DNA of 50,615 bases, from IMG/VR virus record IMGVR_UViG_3300048074_000056, positions 1-50,615 of that record; one strand, given 5' to 3'. Source of the DNA: a virus. Taxonomy: Duplodnaviria > Caudoviricetes. The position numbers and the translations under genes were made by a program. Numbering within the stretch: position 1 is the stretch's first letter; every line of letters begins with the position of its first letter. The notes beneath the pieces are model-generated. The model was given only the letters and a program-made list of their open reading frames with translations, was not told where the DNA came from and did not search any database. Below are positions 35,535 through 44,961 of this stretch, in pieces.

Positions 35535-35899
35535 TTATCCCAATATCGTTTGTAGTTTGTTGAAAACCACTCAGCTTCGTTCTTAGCCTTACCACCGTAT
35601 CTTGATGATGGGAAGTAGATAAACTCCCCTGTGCTGATTGCTCTATCAATCGCTGCGCGTGGTTCAAGCCGACTCAGCTTCTTGGTGTAGTTGTCGTACA
35701 CGATTGTTGGGTATACAATCGCGTTGCCTGCGCCATCGTCAGCCCAAGACATCTTGTGAGTTGACATAGTACCATCAGGATTAGGCAATGACGGAAACAT
35801 GCTAGGGTTTAGAATGCGCTGCACGAAGTTCTTCGTCCTGTTGTCAGCAAGAATCTTGGTTACATAGCTGCGATATACGTCATTGGGCATCAGATCCAC
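35531..35899 (-). CDS. Hypothetical protein in a lower-GC insert
   Basis: 122-aa ORF, visibly more AT-rich than neighbours. Confidence 0.7.
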   Translation of the reverse strand: MDLMPNDVYRSYVTKILADNRTKNFVQRILNPSMFPSLPNPDGTMSTHKMSWADDGAGNAIVYPTIVYDNYTKKLSRLEPRAAIDRAISTGEFIYFPSSRYGGKAKNEAEWFSTNYKRYWDK

Positions 35900-36198
35900 C
35901 CCCGAATCACCATCCGGCGATCTTTCGCGATGGCTTTGGATTCACGATAGTAGAGGCGTCCTCGCGCACGACGTCTCTCGATCGGGTCTGCGATGGCACG
36001 CACCGCGATCATCGGGTCGTCGTCATCAGGCTCCGCCAGCGCACGAGCCAACAGGCGCTTGCTGTCCTCGGTGAGATCGCCGACCGCTGTGGGCTCGATC
36101 GACTTCTCGCGTGTCTCACGGATCGGCAGCCAGCCTGTGTTCTTCCCAGTGCCCTTCTCGGCGCGGGCTTGGTGGAGGGATCGAGTACGTTTGGCCAC
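35890..36198 (-). CDS. Hypothetical basic protein
   Basis: GTG start just after upstream stop; 3' part of ORF 35890..36432. Confidence 0.55.
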   Translation of the reverse strand: MAKRTRSLHQARAEKGTGKNTGWLPIRETREKSIEPTAVGDLTEDSKRLLARALAEPDDDDPMIAVRAIADPIERRRARGRLYYRESKAIAKDRRMVIRGWI

Positions 36199-36199
36199 G

Positions 36200-36508
36200 T
36201 TAGAACACCAACCCAACGAGGCCGGCCGCTGCCTGCCCCAGCATTCCAAACAAGGCGCTCGGGATCGACTGTGCCTCGATGCGCACACATTCCTGTGGTG
36301 CGCTGCTGATGATGCCGGCCTCGCCACGCGGTACACACCGCTCGACGTGGCCGCCGGCCGCGGCAAACCCGCGCACCGTGCCGTCTGGGTCGACGGTCGC
36401 GGCTGCGCAGCCCGTACACCACAGGATCGCACTGCCCCAAAACAGGACGAGGAACGCGACGACCGCGAGCCGGCTCACGAGCACGATCGCGCGGTCGCCG
36501 TCGTCCAT
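36200..36508 (-). CDS. Putative lipoprotein / spanin candidate
   Basis: Hydrophobic signal with lipobox-like CTGC, hydrophobic C-terminus; in lysis cassette. Confidence 0.5.
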   Translation of the reverse strand: MDDGDRAIVLVSRLAVVAFLVLFWGSAILWCTGCAAATVDPDGTVRGFAAAGGHVERCVPRGEAGIISSAPQECVRIEAQSIPSALFGMLGQAAAGLVGLVF

Positions 36509-36690
36509 CACAGCGTGGTTGGTCCCGTGGCTCGGAACCGGCCGACGATTGCAGTCACAGCAGCGAGGATCGGGAGCACCTTCGCGGCCGTGTCGCCGCC
36601 GATCGCAGCGACCGTCTCCTGTGCTGCGCCGAGCACCGCACCGACGATCACAGCCCACACCGTCAAGCTCGCGTACCACTTCTTGCCCAT
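36508..36690 (-). CDS. Holin-like membrane protein
   Basis: MGKKWYASLTVW, two hydrophobic segments, GRFRAT; follows endolysin. Confidence 0.7.
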   Translation of the reverse strand: MGKKWYASLTVWAVIVGAVLGAAQETVAAIGGDTAAKVLPILAAVTAIVGRFRATGPTTL

Positions 36691-37163
36691 CACGTCCCCT
36701 TCACTGCGGCGAGCTTCGCGAGAACCTCGTCCGCGTAAGCGGGGCGTCCCCCGCCGTTCCACGCCAGCGCAAGCGATCGCTCGTCGCCGTGCGTCCTCGA
36801 TAGGTGGCGCACAAACTTTGCGCCGTAGTAGAGGTTGGTTTTTGGCCGGAATAGCACCTCGGGGTCGGCGTCGATGGCGAGCCCCATCCACGCCGCGGTG
36901 GCCGGCATCAGTTGGAGGAGGCCGTACGATCGCGACACGCGGTCACGCCAGCAGGCGAGCGAGCCGCCTGCGAGGCCACGGTGCCACTCCGGCTTCCCGG
37001 CGAGGTAGTGATCCCAAAATGCGGGCTCGGCGCGTGTGGCCCACGGACGGCCGAGTGACTCCTGCCAGACGAGAGCGAGCAACAGGTCGGGGTCACAGGG
37101 CTGCGCGGTGATCGTGTCCTTGATGTGCATACGCCAGCACGCGACCTGCGAGGGGACACTCAT
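36690..37163 (-). CDS. Endolysin, SLT-family lytic transglycosylase
   Basis: ALVWQES, SYGLLQLMPATA, NLYYGAKF, LAWNGG. Confidence 0.9.
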   Translation of the reverse strand: MSVPSQVACWRMHIKDTITAQPCDPDLLLALVWQESLGRPWATRAEPAFWDHYLAGKPEWHRGLAGGSLACWRDRVSRSYGLLQLMPATAAWMGLAIDADPEVLFRPKTNLYYGAKFVRHLSRTHGDERSLALAWNGGGRPAYADEVLAKLAAVKGT

Positions 37164-37447
37164 GGCTGAGTGCTCCGCGTCGCGATCTGATCGAGGTGGG
37201 CGTCGAGGCGAGTGCGAGTGTGGGCGAGGTCGCGTTCGATCTTACCATCACGCTCCTTGCAGCGGGCCTCGGTGTCACCGAGCCCGCTCCACAGGGTCGC
37301 GTGCTCCTCTTTGTTGTCGCGCTTCAACTCGATGAGCGACTCGCCAATCATGTCGATCTTGGCTCGTGCGACGCCCCATACGATACCGGCCCCGACTGCG
37401 GTGGCGAGGAGGCCGGTGAGCGCGGAGATGGCGGAGTCGAGGGTCAT
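37160..37447 (-). CDS. Membrane-anchored coiled-coil protein (lysis cassette)
   Basis: N-terminal TM then coiled coil, upstream of endolysin. Confidence 0.6.
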   Translation of the reverse strand: MTLDSAISALTGLLATAVGAGIVWGVARAKIDMIGESLIELKRDNKEEHATLWSGLGDTEARCKERDGKIERDLAHTRTRLDAHLDQIATRSTQP

Positions 37448-38250
37448 CAGATGTGTCCGTATAGTTCACAATGACCGGAGATCGCAGTCATTGCAGTGCC
37501 CGTGTCAACCGATTGGGTTGTGACTCTTACTGAGAATGAGTCCCCTGAAGTGAAGTTCAGGTAAGCGTAACGGACGTCGGCCGATGCTGTTGGGTCGGCC
37601 GATGTCAAAGTGGTGTAGTTGAGGACGAGCGGTTGGCTGAACCTTTGGCGGATGCTTGGGCCAAACATCTTGAGAACCTCGAATGCGATTTGATCCCCGG
37701 CGTCTACCCCGGTAGCGGCCGAAACTGTGCAGGTGAGTTTACCGATGAGCGGGGATAGCCAAGGCCAGTCGTGGGCTCGATTTACGGTTATGCCGAGTTT
37801 CTGAGCGTTAGTAACTGAAGTGCCGTCGGCACAGGGTGTTACCGAGGTGGCTGCCTGTGGCCAACGCGGTAGGCAGCTACTCAGGAGAGTGGCGAACGAC
37901 ACGTTACTGAACGCAAACGAGAGGTGGAATGGAGGCATGGAGGGGACACGGACCAAGTCTTCGCCGTCACACATGATCCAACGGCGCTCCGCGGATTGGT
38001 CGCTTGACATGCTGTCAGTAATGCGAAGCCCTCCACCCGCGTTGAAGTCACAAAAGTACCCATCCTCGTTGATTGTTGGGCTGTTGGCTTGTATGTCGAA
38101 GTAGTTACCGGGGGCGGTCGCACTCCTCCCACTGGTGGTATCCTTCAGACAGTCCGGCCACCGACACGAGAACTGTGCGTGGGCAGGCGTCGCGAGAACG
38201 CAAAGCGCCCACACGATCGTCGAGATCCACCAACGGTTAGATGTAGCCAT
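37447..38250 (-). CDS. Signal-peptide protein, paralog of 38237..38998
   Basis: TPAHA cleavage site; APGNYFDIQAN, GGGLRITD, ISGHCELYGHI. Confidence 0.75.
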   Translation of the reverse strand: MATSNRWWISTIVWALCVLATPAHAQFSCRWPDCLKDTTSGRSATAPGNYFDIQANSPTINEDGYFCDFNAGGGLRITDSMSSDQSAERRWIMCDGEDLVRVPSMPPFHLSFAFSNVSFATLLSSCLPRWPQAATSVTPCADGTSVTNAQKLGITVNRAHDWPWLSPLIGKLTCTVSAATGVDAGDQIAFEVLKMFGPSIRQRFSQPLVLNYTTLTSADPTASADVRYAYLNFTSGDSFSVRVTTQSVDTGTAMTAISGHCELYGHI

Positions 38251-38998
38251 AGAGTTCACACGCACCTGAGATGCTGGTTACGGATGCGTCGGTGTCTTTG
38301 GTGTTGGCTAGGTTGACCCGTACCCCGATACCGCCGTCGGAGTAGACCCCGTAGGTGTCTATCTCGATCTCTTGAGGGGGTTCATTTGAGGTGATTTTGG
38401 AGTAGTCCATCGTCATTACCGAACCGATGACGTTCCGGGTACTGGTACCGCTGAACTGCACGACCTCAAAAGCGATTGCATCGTCGGAGTTTGCGCCGGT
38501 GATGGAGCTGATGGTGCAGGCGAGGTGTCTGATGTAAGGGGGTTGGTGGGCGTTAGCACTGGCTCGTGCGAGCATGATCCCAAGTTTGTCGAGGTTGGTG
38601 AGAGCGTTACCGGCAGCACAGTTGGTGACAGCGGTAGTTGTGCCGGGCCATCGCCTCAAGCATCCACTCTTGAGGGAGTTTAGGGCGATGCTCTGGAACA
38701 CAAACCCGACATGGAATGCCGACAGGCTAGGGACAGTCATGACCCGAGTTCCGTCACACTCCTCCCACCTTCGTTTACCCGTGGTGTCTTGGTAGACGTC
38801 GGTGATACGCCAGCCACCACCGCTGTTGGCTGCACACCCGAAGGTTCCGCCGGGAGCTGGATTGGTGTCGTTGGCCTGCACGTCGAAGTAGTTACCGGGG
38901 GCTTTGGCGGAGTTGCCGACCGTTGTGTCGTAGGCCAACGCTGACAAGGGTAGTCCGACGAGTAGGCAGGCGAGAGCGAATGAGTTCAGAAAGGCCAT
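38237..38998 (-). CDS. Signal-peptide protein, paralog of 37447..38250
   Basis: LSALA cleavage site; APGNYFDVQAN, GGGWRITD, ISGACELYGYI. Confidence 0.75.
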   Translation of the reverse strand: MAFLNSFALACLLVGLPLSALAYDTTVGNSAKAPGNYFDVQANDTNPAPGGTFGCAANSGGGWRITDVYQDTTGKRRWEECDGTRVMTVPSLSAFHVGFVFQSIALNSLKSGCLRRWPGTTTAVTNCAAGNALTNLDKLGIMLARASANAHQPPYIRHLACTISSITGANSDDAIAFEVVQFSGTSTRNVIGSVMTMDYSKITSNEPPQEIEIDTYGVYSDGGIGVRVNLANTKDTDASVTSISGACELYGYI

Positions 38999-40302
38999 CG
39001 GCGTGCTCCACGACCCTGCTGAGGTAGGGGTCTAACCTGAAGAGATTTAGCGGGGAACCTCGGGATGGATAGGGATACGGGGGTGGAGAAGCTGGTGGTG
39101 GGGGTACCCGTCGAGTAGATGAGCCGGCTAGACCACCCCGGCGTCGCTGTATCGAACAAAACCGCGACGGCATAGGTTTCGGTGGAGTCCATTGAGATTT
39201 CGCCCCATAGGGACTGGCCGAGGGCATCAACGAACCCCGGCGTGGTTACTTGGGTAGGGGTTCCCCACGCGGAGTTGGTGTTAGCGCGGGTGGAGCGCCA
39301 AAGGGTGGTGGCCCCGCTCGCTCCTCGGCGATTGAAGAGAAGGGTTAGCTCGTTGCGTGCGGGGTAGGGTTGGGTTTCGTCGATCGCATCTGAATCGAGC
39401 CCGGTGATGGCGTACACGTCGTTGAACCCGTCGCTGGTCTTGGTGACGGATGCGCCCGACAGGGGGGTACTACAGTTGGCACAGTTGAAGGAACCGGCGG
39501 CCACCGGGAGGGTTCCCGACGACATATAGACTTGGGCGATGGTGGAGCTGTTGACGCTGCGGATCGTGCCCGATCCCGAGGTGGCACCCGTCCACGACAC
39601 TGCGTCGTTGTCGGTAGCATCCTGTGCGACGAAGTTGGCGGTTGCGATTGTGATGTAGAAGAGAGGGCTACCGGTGTCGGTGGCGGTCATTATTCGACCG
39701 ATGTAGCTGCTCACACCGGAGGAACGTGCGTTGGCTACATACGCATCCCCGGTGACGGCACCAAAGTTTACGTCGGCACGAAAGTCGCTTTGGGAGTTTG
39801 CCGGCCACAAGCTCGGCTCGAATGAGAATGCCTCGGTCCAGACGGTAGAGTCCCGGGTTGCTCGCGTCGCGAGGACGTTTACCTTGCCATCCGCGCCATC
39901 TCGATGAAACACCGCGGTGAGTTCGTCGTCTGATAACCAAATACAACACTCTCCGTTGTCGGTGGTGTTGATGTTGCCTAAGCCAGTAGGCTTACTCCAA
40001 CTCGTCCCATTCCACTGTGTGTAGAATAGGTCGGTAAACTTTGGGTAAATCGAACCGCGAGCTGCACTACCGGGTAGGTATTCCCCAACCGGGTACACAT
40101 GGTCTTTACTGGAAGGGTCTGTCGCCCAGTCGAGGATAGAGTAGGGGGTGTGCATGAAGTAGATGCGGTCGCCAGCGGCGTTCACGAACGGCGAGTCGGT
40201 CCAGCCGTAGGGGATGTTGATGACGTTTGTGTCCCATTTGGCTGCGAGCCCCGAATGTGGGCTTAGGCAGATCGCTAGGATGAGGAGGAGATAGTAGAGC
40301 AT
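38986..40302 (-). CDS. Signal-peptide protein with PD40/TolB-like propeller repeats
   Basis: DSPFVNAAGDRIYF, DETQPY...ELTLLFNR, LWRSTRANTNSAWGTP. Confidence 0.7.
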   Translation of the reverse strand: MLYYLLLILAICLSPHSGLAAKWDTNVINIPYGWTDSPFVNAAGDRIYFMHTPYSILDWATDPSSKDHVYPVGEYLPGSAARGSIYPKFTDLFYTQWNGTSWSKPTGLGNINTTDNGECCIWLSDDELTAVFHRDGADGKVNVLATRATRDSTVWTEAFSFEPSLWPANSQSDFRADVNFGAVTGDAYVANARSSGVSSYIGRIMTATDTGSPLFYITIATANFVAQDATDNDAVSWTGATSGSGTIRSVNSSTIAQVYMSSGTLPVAAGSFNCANCSTPLSGASVTKTSDGFNDVYAITGLDSDAIDETQPYPARNELTLLFNRRGASGATTLWRSTRANTNSAWGTPTQVTTPGFVDALGQSLWGEISMDSTETYAVAVLFDTATPGWSSRLIYSTGTPTTSFSTPVSLSIPRFPAKSLQVRPLPQQGRGARRWPF

Positions 40303-40304
40303 GG

Positions 40305-40784
40305 CTATTCACCGCTACAAGCAAGAGCCTTGACGGTTGCGGTAGCCGCTCCTCCTGTAATGTCTGTACATTCTGCCCAGATGTAGGCAAACGGGGCGAT
40401 GATGGTGGTTCCCATCGCAGTAAGGGTAAGTTGGGTGAGGGCTGCGGCCGACGTTACGGCGATTCGCTTGGTGGCGCTGTAACCGCTGGAGCTGGAGTAG
40501 ATGTCGCACGCTAGGCTAGTCGTCGCGCCAGACTCAGTGGCGTAGAACGTGAACTGGGTCTTGCCGGTCACGTCGGCGACGATGTTGTCGGAGCCGTTGT
40601 CGCAGGCTGCGGTGGTGTCAGTTTCGGCGTTGCAGAGGGTGTAGGTGTTGCAGCCCTCACGATGGACGGTCTTGGTTACGGTTGCGGCGACGTCGGCGTG
40701 GGCTGGTGAAGCAAACAACCAAGCGGCTACGAGGAGGGTGAACCAGACCCAGCTCAGGTACTCGATGAAGTTTCTGGTGTCCAT
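40305..40784 (-). CDS. Signal-peptide protein
   Basis: Hydrophobic N-terminus ending SPAHA; six Cys. Confidence 0.7.
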   Translation of the reverse strand: MDTRNFIEYLSWVWFTLLVAAWLFASPAHADVAATVTKTVHREGCNTYTLCNAETDTTAACDNGSDNIVADVTGKTQFTFYATESGATTSLACDIYSSSSGYSATKRIAVTSAAALTQLTLTAMGTTIIAPFAYIWAECTDITGGAATATVKALACSGE

Positions 40785-40809
40785 GGTGCCTCAGTTAGTC
40801 GAGAGTGGT

Positions 40810-41643
40810 CTACCCGTTTTTGATTGCCAAAGAAAGGTTGGAGACGTGGAGGGTGCGAACGGTGCTCCCGCCGTTTTGGATTCCGAACGCGGGGCCGACC
40901 ATAACCGATCCCCCAGTCATTGGTTGACTCACAAGCGACTTCACCAGAGTACCATTCACGAAGTAACCGATGTTTGCGATTGTTGAGGTAGTCGTAAATA
41001 CTACCCCGAGATCGAGTTTTCGGGCAGCTCCGCCAGTGGCTGGCATCGTTGCAATCGACGAAGCGTCTACCGTAGCTGCTGAGAAAGCAACAACACCGTT
41101 CGTAAGGTTTCGGATTGCGTTCATGCTAGCTGAAGCCGCAGGCTTGTAGAAACCCAATGAGTATTCGGGTCCAGCCCACCAGCTTGCGAGCGCAGCCGAA
41201 AAACAAGAAATCCCAAAAAACACTTCGGCGTCAAGCAAGTCCGCTGACACCATTGATACTGTGCCTTTGATGACGATAGTGCGACGGTATCCGCCGAGAG
41301 TCGATAGAGGGATACCCAACCCCGCCGCGTTGCTTGTGGTCTGAATCGGAACCACCACAGTATCGGCCCCGGCGTTTGCGGTCGTAGGGACAGACAGAAC
41401 CGGCGGCCAGATCCCAGAGCTAGGAGCAACGCACGTAGGGGTACCCGGGGTGTTGCCGCCAGACTGCCACAGGTTTGTGTAGTCTTGAGTGGTGTTGATG
41501 AATGTATAGTTGCGGGTCCACCAACCATCACCATAGGCGTCAAGGTCGCCGACCGGCGCTCCGTAGAACTCGCTCGGGTTGGAAGGATCTCCAACATTGT
41601 GCATGAGGCGCTTCTTGAATGCGGGCACCGTGGCTCCTCTCAA
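40810..41643 (-). CDS. Beta-rich virion protein (LamG-like)
   Basis: Follows capsid gene; GYFVNGTLV; likely GTG start near 41631 after GAGGAG. Confidence 0.6.
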   Translation of the reverse strand: MRGATVPAFKKRLMHNVGDPSNPSEFYGAPVGDLDAYGDGWWTRNYTFINTTQDYTNLWQSGGNTPGTPTCVAPSSGIWPPVLSVPTTANAGADTVVVPIQTTSNAAGLGIPLSTLGGYRRTIVIKGTVSMVSADLLDAEVFFGISCFSAALASWWAGPEYSLGFYKPAASASMNAIRNLTNGVVAFSAATVDASSIATMPATGGAARKLDLGVVFTTTSTIANIGYFVNGTLVKSLVSQPMTGGSVMVGPAFGIQNGGSTVRTLHVSNLSLAIKNG

Positions 41644-41793
41644 GTGACCTATCGGCCATCAAACCCCACCCTGCCATGGGTGGAGAGTCTTTCGAGTCGC
41701 GCCCCACGCAGGGGGAGGGCGAGTCCCTTTGGTTCGCCTGCGGGACAAGACAGGCACCCTCACTAACGTAGAGGGTCACGAAACCCCGATCAG

Positions 41794-42720
41794 CTAGCTG
41801 GCCGATCGGTACACACCGCGCCAGTCGCGAGCACATGCCGATGCCCGGTAGTGGGCGTCGAACATGGTGTCTTTGGTCTGGAAGTCTCGACCGCTGTCGG
41901 TCGTGACCGGCTTCCGGGAGTAGAAGGTGAGGCTGTGCTCGCGCTTGTCGGTCGCCATGAACCAGTTCGTGGAGGAGGTGAGGTAGGGGACTACCTTCAC
42001 CTGCACGCCGGTTCGCGAGGACTTCATGGTGTTGATCTGGTTGTCGGAGGTGAAGGGTTCGTACTCCGACTCCAACAAGCGGGCGGCCTCGAACTGAAGA
42101 CCCGGCGGCACAATCAGGTACTTGAGGCGAGCCTTGATGGGAGTGAAACGTCCCGACTCGTCTCGCACCAACGTCGCTAGGTTCATGACGGACTCGATCC
42201 CCGACACCGACAGGGCGACGGCGGGGGTCAGGTCATTCGACTGTGTGGCCGACGACGAGGTGCCCTGCGACTTGAGGTAAGGGTGGGCGGTGCTGAAGAG
42301 GGCCAACCCATCGAGGGTGCCGGTCGTCGATGTGCCGCCGTTGTTGACGACACCCCACGCGAGGTTCTCGCGATGGTCCCGAGCTGAGCGAGCGAGGTCT
42401 GCCGGCATCTTGGACATGATGTTGAACTGGTCGTCCTCGATCATCTCCATGGTCTGGCGGCCACCAAGGGCGAACGTCGAGTGGATGACACGCTTGCGGG
42501 GACCACTCACCGGGTCGTCGTACCCGACCGGGGAACCCTCGGCCTTGAGGGCAAACGAGCCGAGCCCGCTGACCTTCATGGCGTCCTCGAAGGCCCGCGT
42601 CGACTTCTCGACGTTGAAGACCTCACCGAAGGACTCCGGCTCCTGCATGTATTCGTTGAAGAAGATCCGCTTCTGGAGCGATTCGAGGAGGTCGGGGTGC
42701 TGGCTTGTGAAAGATGCCAT
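41794..42720 (-). CDS. Major capsid protein
   Basis: STRAFE, KAEGS, TMEMIEDD, DGLALFSTAHP, LIVPPGL, PYLTSSTNWF, DWRGVY. Confidence 0.9.
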   Translation of the reverse strand: MASFTSQHPDLLESLQKRIFFNEYMQEPESFGEVFNVEKSTRAFEDAMKVSGLGSFALKAEGSPVGYDDPVSGPRKRVIHSTFALGGRQTMEMIEDDQFNIMSKMPADLARSARDHRENLAWGVVNNGGTSTTGTLDGLALFSTAHPYLKSQGTSSSATQSNDLTPAVALSVSGIESVMNLATLVRDESGRFTPIKARLKYLIVPPGLQFEAARLLESEYEPFTSDNQINTMKSSRTGVQVKVVPYLTSSTNWFMATDKREHSLTFYSRKPVTTDSGRDFQTKDTMFDAHYRASACARDWRGVYRSAS

Positions 42721-42764
42721 CTCAGTTCTCCGGGGTGGGGATTAGCGGAAGTTCGAGGCTAGTC

Positions 42765-43304
42765 CTACTTGGTCTGGAGCTGGAAAAGGGCGTAGACGCC
42801 GGTGGTTGTGTCGGTTGCGGCGATCGGGTTCTTGGCGGAGTCGAGGACACCCACGATCGTAGCGACCACATCGGTACCACGGGTTGCTGCGGCACCCGGG
42901 ATGATGGCCCACTTGCTGTTGTTGTGTTCGAGCTGGACAGCCAAACCGACCATCGTTCCGGTCGGGACTACGGCTGTACCAGAACCATCCGTGATGTTTC
43001 GAGTGATGAACACCGTTCCGTCGTCGGCCGGCCAGTAGGCAATCAGGTCGCCTGTCGTACGAGCGAACCCATCCGTTCGGGTGGTATCACCATGGACGGC
43101 TGCGATACCGATGGAACGAGCAGTGTCCATGTCTGCAACGAGGGCCGGGGTTCCATCGGCGGGGAACTCGGCAATCTCGCCGTCGGAGTTGATGCCAACC
43201 AGTTCGCCTTCGTAGAAGGATTCGGAGGCGTTGAGGCGACCCGAGAGAACAGTGGTGTGTCCACCCGTAGCCGATACAAAGGGCATGAAGTCGCGTGCGG
43301 ACAT
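42765..43304 (-). CDS. Capsid decoration / cement protein
   Basis: Immediately upstream of capsid gene; FYEGELV...G motif. Confidence 0.6.
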   Translation of the reverse strand: MSARDFMPFVSATGGHTTVLSGRLNASESFYEGELVGINSDGEIAEFPADGTPALVADMDTARSIGIAAVHGDTTRTDGFARTTGDLIAYWPADDGTVFITRNITDGSGTAVVPTGTMVGLAVQLEHNNSKWAIIPGAAATRGTDVVATIVGVLDSAKNPIAATDTTTGVYALFQLQTK

Positions 43305-43334
43305 CTAGGTTCTCCCGGGGTGGGTGACGGTTGG

Positions 43335-43832
43335 TTACTCGGTTTCGTCCCCGATCCACGTCCCACGATGGGCCGGGAGTCGGTAACGAGTGGGGTAGCC
43401 GGGGCGACTGTAACGGGACTCGACGTCGGAGCCACCGTTCAGGAAGGGATCGTTGTTGGAAGAGAGGGGGTACTGGGCGGCCACCTGCTCCTCCTTCACA
43501 AACTGGCGGTACTTTTCGATGGGGATGCGGGTAAGGATCACGTCGCCGAAGGCTTGGCTGGAGTCGAGGGCACCCCCAAATCGAGGGTCGCGTGATTCAC
43601 CAACCAACTCGGGGGACTCGGGAGGGACTACCTCGTACCCCTTGTTGATGAGGCCCCGAAGTGTGCCGCGTTTGGCGGCCGGGGCGTGGTAGTAGTGCAT
43701 CCCGGGCTGGGGGTTGCGGACGTTCAGGGCCTCGGTGTTGCCGACATGGCAGCCAAGGGTCCGTTCGCCGTAACCGTCGTCGGTGTCCGAGTAAGGACGC
43801 ATCCAGTCTTCGAGTTCCATACCACCGTGCAT
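43335..43832 (-). CDS. Conserved head-module protein
   Basis: PGMHYY...KGYEVV...DVILTRIP; lies between scaffold and capsid. Confidence 0.65.
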   Translation of the reverse strand: MHGGMELEDWMRPYSDTDDGYGERTLGCHVGNTEALNVRNPQPGMHYYHAPAAKRGTLRGLINKGYEVVPPESPELVGESRDPRFGGALDSSQAFGDVILTRIPIEKYRQFVKEEQVAAQYPLSSNNDPFLNGGSDVESRYSRPGYPTRYRLPAHRGTWIGDETE

Positions 43833-43848
43833 GAGGCTCCCCGTGGGG

Positions 43849-44583
43849 TTAGGCCGACCGCTTGAGGTCGGACCAGTCGTCGAGTGAGTTGCCGCGTTTC
43901 ATGGAGTCGAGCATCTCGGCCGCCGTAATCTCCAAACCACCCCCATGATTCCACTCCGCGAGGACACGAGCCGCCTCGGTGGGGAGGGTGTCACCCTTCG
44001 GTCGATACCTGCCGCCACCCGCCGACAGCATCTCGTCGGGCTCGGGTTTGGGGGCCGTCTCACGAGTGTGGCGAAGGGTGTAGAGGGTGTCGGTGAGACC
44101 ACCCATCACCGACTGGACGGCCAGCGAGGTGAGGTTGGGGTCCACCTGCTTCTCCAGCGGAGACGCACTGATGATTTGGAGGGCGGTCGGGCGGACGTGC
44201 TTGTCGAACATCCCCTCCCCGTACTTGGCGTCGAACCGTGCCTGTTCTTGGGAGAGGTTGAGGTTGATGGCCGCCTTCACGGTGTTTTCCATGAAGGGGA
44301 CAAGGTGCTCTTGGGCACGGGCGTTGAAGGTTTCGACGGCTTTCGACTGGATGTAGGCGTCGGGGTCAGCCCAGAGGGCGTTCGCCGGCTCCCCCACCGG
44401 TTTGGGGTCGGGGGGCGGCTCGGACAGCCGTTGGTTGATGTGTTGGAGGTTGTTGCCGATTGCCTGCAAGGCGGGGGACATGGCCCGCTGCACGGAGTCG
44501 GTAATGCGGGCGTCGAGGTCGCTACCACCCTCCGGTGTGGCGGGAGTAGTGGGTTCTCCGGTCGGGAAGGGTGCGTTGGACAT
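43849..44583 (-). CDS. Scaffolding protein (putative)
   Basis: Helical, Pro-rich linkers, WADPDAY; synteny. Confidence 0.6.
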   Translation of the reverse strand: MSNAPFPTGEPTTPATPEGGSDLDARITDSVQRAMSPALQAIGNNLQHINQRLSEPPPDPKPVGEPANALWADPDAYIQSKAVETFNARAQEHLVPFMENTVKAAINLNLSQEQARFDAKYGEGMFDKHVRPTALQIISASPLEKQVDPNLTSLAVQSVMGGLTDTLYTLRHTRETAPKPEPDEMLSAGGGRYRPKGDTLPTEAARVLAEWNHGGGLEITAAEMLDSMKRGNSLDDWSDLKRSA

Positions 44584-44667
44584 ACGGTGGTGGTCCCCCG
44601 GGGGTTGCTAGGGACATGTTGAAGGAGCCCCGAGGGGATGTCAAGCCTTCCACCCTACCCCTCTCCA

Positions 44668-44961
44668 CTATTGGGAGTCGCCGTCTGAGTCGTAGCGCAT
44701 CCAACCGTCACCACCCTCCACGCGAGATGGGGTGGACTCTCGCTGTTCGTGGATAGCGGGAAGGCCACCCCGTAGGAGGTGGTCGATGAACTGGATGATG
44801 GCTCGATGGGATACCAGTTCGTCGGGGGTAAGGCTGGTGCGGTAGATGATGGAGTGGGCGCGTGACTCACGCTCCCATCGGAGCCATGCCCCCAGCGCCT
44901 CCCATTGGTCCGACCGGAGGAGGCGGAGGGCCTCCCGCCATCCCTCCCCCTGCCCCGCCAT
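44668..44961 (-). CDS. Small head-module protein
   Basis: MAGQGEGWREALRLLRSDQW; follows and overlaps the portal C-terminus. Confidence 0.55.
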   Translation of the reverse strand: MAGQGEGWREALRLLRSDQWEALGAWLRWERESRAHSIIYRTSLTPDELVSHRAIIQFIDHLLRGGLPAIHEQRESTPSRVEGGDGWMRYDSDGDSQ

